A DNA stretch of 12,116 bases from Octopus sinensis. Its lineage: Eukaryota. Numbering within the stretch: the stretch's first letter is position 1; every line of letters starts with the position of its first letter. Below the pieces are notes generated by a model. The model was not told the origin of the DNA and did not search any database. It worked only from the letters and a program-made list of their open reading frames with translations. This document shows, piece after piece, positions 1 through 7,880 of this stretch. The translations under genes were made by a program, and so were the position numbers. Where the stretch lies: contig NW_021826698.1 in NCBI RefSeq assembly GCF_006345805.1, forward strand, positions 1-12,116, given 5' to 3'.

Positions 1-9
1 ATAATAATA

Positions 10-59
<50 letters not shown>

Positions 60-63
60 TAAT
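1..63. repeat. (AAT)n microsatellite, truncated by the window edge
   Basis: Near-pure AAT iterations with two small interruptions. Confidence 0.97.
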
Positions 64-65
64 GA

Positions 66-199
66 TAGCTATACCAGCACTGTGGAATGACAACAGAAAG
101 AAAGATGGTACAGGCATATCCCAGAAAAAAGTTTCAGAAAAGGATAAAGTAACCATATTCTGGGATATGCCAATAAACACAAATAGAGAGATCAAGGCT
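66..199 (+). mobile_element. Decayed fragment of an RLE-type (R4/Dong-like) non-LTR retrotransposon ORF
   Basis: Allowing two 1-bp frameshifts it reads LYQHCGMTTER-RWYRHIPEK-VSEKDKVTIFWDMPINTNREIKA. This matches my recollection of the WY.H.PEKV.EN...ILWD..I.TDR.I.ANRPD segment preceding the restriction-like endonuclease of R4/Dong-clade elements. Family assignment is from memory. Confidence 0.55.
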
Positions 200-319
200 A
201 AGACATCTCTGTATAGAAGACAAAAGTTCTCTATTATTATCTGACAGTTGTGAGCTCTGCTAAACTTGTGTCGTGTATCTCTCAACCATCTATTTCAAGC
301 GGTAGATTTATAACAAGCT

Positions 320-418
320 TCATAGTTTATTGTACTGAAATTCCACCCGACTCGTTTGAGTTGTCGTAAACTCGTCCTTCAGAAATTCAGCCGGACTTGC
401 AAGCACTACTTTGTCATG
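320..418 (-). CDS. Candidate terminal exon of an unidentified minus-strand gene (HDKVVLASPAEFLKDEFTTTQTSRVEFQYNKL*)
   Basis: Minus strand reads tttttcaaattccaaatctag|CAT..., giving 32 open codons then TGA. Phase 0 matches the candidate exon 2101-2209. No homolog recognised. Confidence 0.25.
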   Translation of the reverse strand, partial: HDKVVLASPAEFLKDEFTTTQTSRVEFQYNKL

Positions 419-1204
419 CTAGATTTGGAATTTGAAAAATTAACGACTTAATTACGATATCAAATGGAAAATTTGGAACTAAGCGAACTAAGTGAAAAGA
501 TATGACCAATTTTCAGAATTCTACAATTTTTTGCAGCACTAGACATTTTTGTTCCACTTTCGGATATCCTGAAAAGAAATTCCAAACTCATATATATTTT
601 TGATTATTCTCTGAGGAATTCTTAAGGAGCACATCGTTAACTGATTGCTCAATTATATTACATACGCTTCAAAAGCTACTTGCAACACCCGTATACATTT
701 CTATAAATCTTAAATATATTTTGTACACAATTACACCAACATAATACACTTCAATCGTCTTATACATCTCTGTGACTCTTCATATCGTTTCATTCTCCTC
801 CTCTACCTCACTCTCAAACAAACCGCCCTTCCATACTTTCACTTTCTCTCACAAACTTGCCCACCACTGTGAAAACAATCCGAATTTCTTTCCCCTCTCT
901 TGTAACTCTTTATTCTTTTACTCTTTTTACTTGTTTCAGTCATTTGACTGTGGCCATGCTGGAAGCACCGCTTTTAGTCGAGCAAATCGAGCCCACGACT
1001 TATTCTTTGTAAGCCTAGTACCTATTCTATCGGGCTTTTTTGCCGAACCGCTAAGTTACGGACGTAAACACATCAGCATCGGTTGTCAAGCGAGGTTGGG
1101 GGGGGCTACCACAGACACAAACATAACACATACATACATATATATAAGATATATATATCTATATATATATATAGATATATATATAGATATATAATATATA
1201 TATA

Positions 1205-1403
1205 TTACATTACTCAATAGTCAAGATAAAACTCTGAGTTTCAGATGCCGAAGTGGAAATCCACAACACCATCTCTTCGGTTATCTGGCCATCTGAAAAA
1301 CGATGGCGTTTTTCAGATGGCCAGATAACCGAGCGATGGTGTTGGGGATTTCCACTTCGGCATATGAAACTCAGAGTTCTATCTTGACTATTGAGTAATG
1401 TAA
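1205..1403. repeat. Near-perfect palindrome / foldback element
   Basis: Arm 1205-1302 (98 nt) is the reverse complement of 1307-1403 (97 nt) with 4 substitutions and 1 indel. The loop is ATGG (1303-1306). Confidence 0.95.
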
Positions 1404-1484
1404 CATATTTTTTATAGATAAATTTCCTCTATTTACATATATTGAGGTCTCTTCTTTCTTTGTTATCTTACCGTTTTACCAATT

Positions 1485-1508
1485 ATATATATATACAACA
1501 TACATACC

Positions 1509-1543
<35 letters not shown>

Positions 1544-1552
1544 TCTTATATA

Positions 1553-1605
<53 letters not shown>

Positions 1606-1626
1606 GTATATATATTATATATATAT

Positions 1627-1662
<36 letters not shown>
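1485..1662. repeat. Imperfect (TA)n microsatellite
   Basis: Direct inspection. Confidence 0.95.
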
Positions 1663-1663
<1 letters not shown>

Positions 1664-1803
1664 AGGGAAGCTTTATGAAAATAACAAAAGACGAAGGCAG
1701 GTGGAATACAAACAAAACAATTTTTTAGTATGGCGCTCAGGATATAACTAAACAAGTCTTTTTACGTTTGAGCCTACGTCTTCAACAGAAAGATACACAG
1801 AAA
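1663..1803 (-). mobile_element. Short non-microsatellite insert between TA arrays, possibly a Penelope-like terminal-repeat remnant
   Basis: Absent from the other two SINE copies. Minus strand contains TTGAAGACGTAGGCTCAAACGT, resembling a decayed CTGAnGA...GAAAC motif of Penelope terminal repeats. Confidence 0.3.
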
Positions 1804-1809
1804 ACATAT

Positions 1810-1853
<44 letters not shown>

Positions 1854-2100
1854 ACGACGGGTTTCTTTCGTTTCCGTCTACCAAATCCACTCACTAGGCT
1901 TGGTCGACCGAGGCTATAGTAGAAGACACTGCCCAAGGTGCCACAGTGGGACTGAAATCAGAACCATGTGGTTCGTAAGCAAGCTACTTACCACAGGAGC
2001 TTTTATGTGTTTTCGCTCAATAAACACACACAACGCCCGGTCTGGGAATCGAAACCGCGAGTCCTGCGCCTCCACATAAAATCCACACACACATATTTAC

Positions 2101-2209
2101 ATTTGGCTTCTGTATAGTTTCCCTCTTTAAAATTCCACTGAAAGTGTACTGGTCACCACTATCTTGTGAGTGGTATGTAGAAAACACTTGCGTTCGTTTC
2201 ATAAGACTC
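2101..2209 (-). CDS. Candidate internal or first coding exon (SLMKRTQVFSTYHSQDSGDQYTFSGILKRETIQKPN)
   Basis: Acceptor ctctgtag| at 2210-2211 and donor |GTAAAT at 2099-2100. 109 nt, open across its length in one frame only, ends in phase 0. Confidence 0.3.
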
Positions 2210-2403
2210 CTACAGAGCTAAACATATGGCCATCCGTGATGAATCATTTTTAAAAAATTTAAAGTAATATATAATATTATTCTTGACAGCTAACCTGGTC
2301 TAGAGTACCTTATTTCTGAGTGGTTTCAAGCTAATAACCTGCTTTTGAAATATTAATGTATATATGTGTGTATACCTCTACGTATATATATATGTGGATA
2401 TAT
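2193..2403. repeat. Direct repeat copy A (about 211 bp)
   Basis: Aligns with 2511-2722. The first about 58 nt are identical, the remainder is roughly 85-90% identical by eye. Confidence 0.95.
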
Positions 2404-2510
2404 CATTCGTTACAGATAGCGATATATTTCGTTTGTGAGAGTTAATCAAATGAATGTTATACTCCTTTCAGAATTTATAAACCCAGTCATCAACAGAACT
2501 ACATTCCGCT

Positions 2511-2722
2511 TTCGTTTCATAAGACTCCTACAGAGCTAAACATATGGCCATCCGTGATGAATCATTTTTTTTACTTTAAAGTAATATATAATATTATTCT
2601 TGACAGCTAACCCTGTCTAGAGTACCTTATTTCAGAGTGGCTTCAAGCTAATAATCTGCCTTTGAAATATTAATGTATAAGTGTGTTTGTATACGCCTAC
2701 GTATGTATATATGTGGATATAT
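2511..2722. repeat. Direct repeat copy B (about 212 bp)
   Basis: Aligns with 2193-2403 at an offset of 318 bp, with a unique 107-bp spacer. Confidence 0.95.
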
Positions 2723-3495
2723 GTGTATGTGTGTTTGTGTGGTGGTGGGATATCTGTATGTGTATGCATACAGTTATGTATTTATAAAATATAAGTGCTT
2801 GTGAAGCACAGCTATTACGTTTTGTATTATTAAAAAACATATTTTAAGGGGTTTTTCATATTTCTTTAATAAACCTTTGTGTTTTGTTCGAGTCAATAAA
2901 CTTTCACTTCCATCGACGTTTCGACCGTAAACCTTTTTTTATTCCCCATAAAAATCACTACAGCGAGTTTTCTTCTGCTTTTTATTGCTATTTTTATAGT
3001 CTTTAACTATGATCGCAGCGTTGTTGTGGTTGTTATTATTGGTTGTCTGCGGAGTTTCAATTTTAAAACACGGAGCTTTTATCCTTTTTTTTTTTTGTTT
3101 TATTTTTTTTTTTTGGGGGGGGGGTTGTTTTTTTTTTCATCCTTGCAACAATCCGGAAATAACTCTGTTCTGATGTCTGCCGTTTAGTTTGTTTAATAAA
3201 GAAATAAGAGAATTCTCCAATAAAAAAAAAAACAAAGGATACAATAATCTAATCACTTTTACAATAACACAGACACACACGGCAGCTATGTAAGTCGTTA
3301 AATCAATCGCCATTTAACGTGGCGCTCATAAATGAAATGTTGTTATAACGCTCGGCGCCATCCTGTTTCGTAATGTAAAATAACTTAACTGAGGATTGTC
3401 TTTTAGAGTCAAAATGTCTGAAACCTGAACCACCATACATACCACTACAAATTTTCCAGGAATTGATTATCCGGAACCGCTTATAATCCGTGCTA

Positions 3496-4780
3496 CGAGG
3501 GACGTTCAATAAGTAATGCCTCTGACCTACATACAATTGTTTGATCTAGCTGAAATTTTGCATGTGCAATTGCTTATATCTCTATAGATTACGGGGAAAA
3601 TTACAGCTCTGAACTAATTGTGGTTTCGGATTTACAGGTGTTTGAACTGAGTCAAGTGTGAAATGGAGCCTGTTGAGAGTCGAGCAGTGATCCGGTTTTT
3701 ATATTTGAAAGGACGCACACCACGGGAGACTTTTGATGAAATGAAAGTAACTTATGGTGATGATGCCCCATCATATGACCTTGTAAAACGCTGGCATCGT
3801 GAATTCAAACATGGTCGGAACTCTGTGGAAACAGCTCCCAGATCTGTTCGCCCCCTTCTTCCATTGATGAGGCATCTGTCCGTCAAGTTGAGGCTGCCAT
3901 TTTGGAAGATCGACGCATAACTATTCGCCAAATAGCCCATGAGGTCAAGATTAGTACCGGGTCTGGGGAAACTATCATTCATGACGATTTGCATATGCAA
4001 AAGGTGTCTGCCAGATGGATTCCCAGGCTGCTCACATCTTTCCAGAAGCAAGAATGCGTCGAGCGCTCGAGGATGAACTTGGAGATATGCCAAGAAGATG
4101 AGTCAAATTTTTTCAAAAGACTGATTACACAGGATGAAACCTGGGTCCATCACTATGATCCAGAGACCAAAGCCCAATCAATGCAGTGGAAGCACCGTGA
4201 CTCACCTCCTCCAAAGAAGGCAAGGGTGCAGCGCTCCGCTGGCAAGGTCATGCTCACAGTCTTCTGGGACCAGGAAGGAGTAGTGATGACAGATTTCCTG
4301 GCAAATGGTACCACAATTATAGGAGCCTATTATGCTTCACTTTTGAGGAAATTAAGAGAAGCTATCAAAATCAAGAGGCGGGACAATATCAGCAAAGGCA
4401 TCCTCCTCCTGTAGGACAACGCTCCGTCCACAAACTCGCTGTCGCCAGATCAGAAGCACAGGCGTGCGGCTATGAACTCCCCCCCCATTCCCCTACTCTC
4501 CTGACCTTGCACTCAGATTTCACCTCTTCCAGCCATGAAGTGATTTGAAAGGAAAGCGTTTCCCAGATGATGCAGCCTTGATTTCTGAAGTCACGTCGTG
4601 GTTGGAGGACCAAGCTGGGGGTCTTCTACAAAAACGGTCTCCAGAGCTGCATCACACGATGAGAGAAATGCGTAACTCTGGGTGGTTCCTAGGTAGAAAA
4701 AGACTAATAACTGTGCCAAGTTTCGTTGCCCTACTGCTATGGGAAGTGGGTCAGGGGCATTACTTATTGAACGCCCCTCG
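3496..4780 (+). mobile_element. Full-length (1285 bp) inactive mariner transposon, DD34D type
   Basis: 32-bp TIRs at 3496-3527 (CGAGGGACGTTCAATAAGTAATGCCTCTGACC) and 4749-4780 with 2 mismatches. TA target duplication at 3494-3495 and 4781-4782. Internal transposase remnant. Confidence 0.96.
3663..4707 (+). pseudogene. Mariner transposase pseudogene
   Basis: N-terminal HTH (RAVIRFL...VKRWHREFK.GR), WIPRLL, TQDETWV (D1 at 4133), DNA (D2 at 4415), YSPDL (4494) and D3 at 4516. D2-D3 spacing is 101 nt, i.e. the 105 nt of D34D minus 4 nt of indels. Frameshift near 3850, TAG at 4412, further frameshifts at 4420-4620, internal TGA and TAG near the end, terminal VEKD-TAA at 4705-4707. Confidence 0.93.
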
Positions 4781-4840
4781 TAATTTACAAGCAGGAACAT
4801 CAAATTCCCGCGACCGCTAGACGTGTTTACTTGGAGGCTG

Positions 4841-5041
4841 TTTTACTCTTTTACTTGTTTCATGTCATTTGACTGCGGCCATGCTGGAGCACCGCCTTTA
4901 GTCGAATCAAATCGACCCCAGGACTTATTCTTTGTAAGCCTAGTACTTATTCTATCGGTCGCTTTTGCCGAACCGCTAAGTTATGAGGACGTATACACGC
5001 CAGCATCGGTTGTCAAGCGATGTTGGGGATACAAACACACA

Positions 5042-5121
<80 letters not shown>

Positions 5122-5314
5122 CATATATATATATATATATATACATATATACGACGGGCTTCTTTAAGTTTCCCTCTACCAAATCCACTGACAAGGCTTT
5201 GGTCGACCCGAGGCTATAGTAGAAGACACTTGCCCAAGGTGCTGCCACGCAGTGGGACTGAACCCGGAACCATGTGGTTGGTAAGCAAGCTACTTACCTA
5301 CCACACAGCCACTC
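4841..5314 (-). mobile_element. tRNA-derived SINE copy 2
   Basis: Minus strand has A-box-like TGGCTGTGTGG, B-box GGTTCAGTCCC (5254-5264), a body, an internal (TA)/(TG) tract at about 5033-5150, a 3' body and an (AAAAGAGT)-type tail. Confidence 0.9.
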
Positions 5315-5716
5315 AAATCATAAATGTTTTTAATTAGATCGTCAGGTGTTTACAGAATGAGAGAGAGGGGCAACTCTATACCGACTGACACAGACAGAGG
5401 AGGAATGTAGAATTATAAAGCAGGAAGGAAAGTTTCTATCAAATTTCAACAGATAGAAAATCGTGTCTGTGCGTGTGTCTGAGTGTGTGTGTGTGTGCGT
5501 GCGTGTGTTTAGGTTCACATTGAAAATGTAGGATACGCACAAATCGAAAAAAAACAGTAAAGCATTAGAATCTAATTTACCAAAATCTGACAGTGGTAAG
5601 CCATCTCCTCACCCTCACCTCACCCCCTCCTACATACACACACTGTATTTAACCTACTAAAAAACCATTCCTAATTTCTCAGAGCTGCATCTATTATATC
5701 AATCTCTTATATCAAT

Positions 5717-5845
5717 CTCTTTCTCTCTTCCACTCTCTCTCTCTCTCTCTCTCTCCCTCTATCTGTCTCTCTCTCTCTATCTGTCTATATCTATCACTGT
5801 CCCTCTCTTTCCGTCTCCTTCTCTCTCTTTCTCTCTCTTCTCTCC
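5717..5845. repeat. Imperfect (CT)n tract
   Basis: Direct inspection. Confidence 0.9.
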
Positions 5846-5863
5846 GTATATATATATATATAT

Positions 5864-6122
5864 GTTACTATTTAAGAAGAGTAGTCCCGGTGCGCGCACT
5901 CGCGTACTCGCGCATCCGCGCTAGCTAGTCGTGACTAGTCGATCCTACAATGGCTACCTAGCAAAGTAAATAAAACACAAAAATATTTTTTTTACACAAA
6001 GTAAAAAATTTTTTTAAACAATGTAAATAAAACACAAAAACACAAAGTAAGAATCGACTAGCTAGTGCGGATGCGCGAGTACGCGAGTGCGCGCACCTGG
6101 ACCACTCTTCTTAAATAGTACC
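5864..6122. mobile_element. MITE / non-autonomous DNA transposon with 66-bp TIRs
   Basis: 5866-5931 is the reverse complement of 6055-6120 with 3 mismatches. A-rich interior, no ORF, (TA)n on both sides. Confidence 0.88.
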
Positions 6123-6160
<38 letters not shown>

Positions 6161-6167
6161 CACACAT

Positions 6168-6189
6168 AGGCGCAGGAGTGGCTGTGTGG

Positions 6190-6191
<2 letters not shown>
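6168..6191 (+). mobile_element. 24-bp 5' stub of the same SINE
   Basis: AGGCGCAGGAGTGGCTGTGTGGTA is the exact reverse complement of 7042-7065 and is embedded in (TA)n. Confidence 0.8.
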
Positions 6192-6220
<29 letters not shown>

Positions 6221-6350
6221 GACTCTCTCTCTTCACTCTGTTTCTATCTCTGTCTCCATTGTCCCTCTCTTTCTCTCTCCCTCCCTCTCTCTCCCTTCTT
6301 TCCCTCTCTCTCTCTCCTCCTCCTCCCTCCACCTATCTCTTTCTCCTTTC
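6221..6350. repeat. Imperfect (CT)n / pyrimidine tract
   Basis: Direct inspection. Confidence 0.88.
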
Positions 6351-6656
6351 CAGAACCCCCCCCCCCTCCAAGCTCTTCCTTACCCTCTCATTTTTCCCCA
6401 AATCCCTCCTCTTTCGTTGCCGTCTCGACACCGCAAACCAATATGCACACCCTAATTCCCAACACACCCACCCTACACCCTATCCAACCATTATATACCC
6501 TCTAACTCCCAGTATATATACACCCCTTAAACACACTGCACTTCATTACATTTCTTCCTCTTTCCTTATTTATTTCGTTCCCGCCATTTTGTTTTTTCCA
6601 TTCCTGTTTTTTTCTTTTTTCTCCCATTTTTATTTTTTTCAAAATATCCATTTTTG

Positions 6657-7065
6657 TCTCTTTACTCTTTTACTTGTTTCAGTCATTTGACTGCGGCCAT
6701 GCTGGAGCACCGCCTTTAGTCGAGCAACTCGACCCCGGGACTTATTCTTTTTGTAAGCCCAGTACTTATTCTATCGGTCTCTTTTTGCCGAACCGCTAAG
6801 TGACGGGGACGTAAACACACCAGCATCGGTTGTCAAGCAATGCTAGGGGAACAAACACAGACACACAAATACACACACATACATATATATATACATATAT
6901 ACGACAGGTTTCTTTCAGTTTCCGTCTACCAAATCCACTCACAAGGCTTTGGTCGGCCCGGAGCTATAGCAAAAAACACTTGCCCAAGATGCCACGCAGT
7001 GGGACTGAACCCAGAACCATGTGGTTGGTAAACAAGCTACTTACCACACAGCCACTCCTGCGCCT
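6657..7065 (-). mobile_element. tRNA-derived SINE copy 3 (most complete)
   Basis: Intact 5' end AGGCGCAGGAGTGGCTGTGTGG, B-box GGTTCAGTCCC, short internal CA/TA tract at about 6853-6900, 3' body and tandem tail. Confidence 0.92.
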
Positions 7066-7309
7066 GTCTGGGTATTTTTTTTCCTTTTTGTTTGCTATTT
7101 TTTCTTGGTTCCTTTTTTTCTTTTCTCTTTTAATTCATTTTGTTATCAATTTTGGCGGTGAACTTATTCCTTATTGATTCAGTTCGGTTTGCCGCAGTCA
7201 GACTGTAAGATCTCTCTCACCCACCTCACTTTTATATATATATACACCACCAGGGGTGGTGCCAGTCAATCGACTGCCTGATTCATTCTACGCGGGCGCA
7301 CACAGACAC

Positions 7310-7478
7310 ACACAACTCACACACGCATACATATTGGCATACACACACACACACAACTCACACAAGCATACACAGTGGCATACACACACGGATACATATT
7401 GGCATACACACACGCTTACATATTGGCATACACACACACACACAACTCACGCATACATATTGGAATACACACACATAC
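7310..7478. repeat. Minisatellite, about 5 units of CACGCATACATATTGGCATAC(AC)n
   Basis: The core recurs near 7322, 7363 (variant), 7387, 7411 and 7448. Confidence 0.8.
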
Positions 7479-7494
7479 ACTTTGGTTTTACTTT

Positions 7495-7880
7495 TCCATT
7501 CCTTTCCCTCTTCTCTCTTTACTTTCATATCCTTTCTTTTTTTCTCTCTCCCTCCCTCCGTCTCTCTCTCTCTCTCTCCCTTAACTCGTTACTCTTTCCC
7601 CCTCGACAAACTTTACTCTTCCGTTTCTCTCCCAACATGTAACCTACAGCTCCTTTCTCTCCTTTTCTCATCTGCAATCCCTTTTCTCTCTCTCTCTCTC
7701 TCTCCCCCCTCTCTCTTTCTCTTTCTTTCTCTTTCTCTTTCCTTCTCTCAACTATTTGCTGTGTCTCTCTCTTTCCCTCCCTTTAATTTTCTCCTCGCTC
7801 TCTCTTTCTCTCTCTCTCTCTCACTCCCTGTCCTTCTCTTTCATTTCTCTCTTTTCCTCTCCCCACATTTCCCTCTCCAC
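7495..7880. repeat. Long CT-rich low-complexity tract
   Basis: Direct inspection. Confidence 0.88.

Larger units (their letters stand above)
903..2071 (-). mobile_element. tRNA-derived SINE copy 1, expanded by nested inserts (3' body about 903-1140, head 1854-1995, 5' terminus 2062-2071)
   Basis: Both halves align by eye with copies at 4841-5314 and 6657-7065. About 700 bp of TA arrays and foreign sequence replaces the usual short internal microsatellite. Confidence 0.85.

Noticed and set aside
772-1936. ORFs rich in YI/IY repeats (also those at 4823-5542 and 9487-10136)
   Set aside because: Read-through of TA/CA microsatellites and SINE sequence.
2193-2722. CRISPR-like repeat-spacer arrangement
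   Set aside because: Only two long imperfect repeats in eukaryotic DNA, and no cas genes.
3009-3090. Signal-peptide-like MIAALLWLLLLVVCGVS frame
   Set aside because: Derived from GTT/ATT-rich low-complexity sequence, runs into poly-T, and has no donor site.
3443-3492. Possible 50-nt minus-strand exon whose TAG acceptor coincides with the mariner TA site
   Set aside because: Its phase does not join any downstream candidate exon.
3752-4093. 113-aa minus-strand ORF, and 4591-4803
   Set aside because: Antisense to the mariner transposase.
5532-5595. Possible upstream coding exon of the LRR gene (DTHKSKKNSKALESNLPKSDS|G, donor GTAAGC at 5596)
   Set aside because: The phase fits, but the acceptor is weak and the peptide lacks the LxxLxLxxC half-repeat expected before GMDGAGC. 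It could still be a UTR exon.
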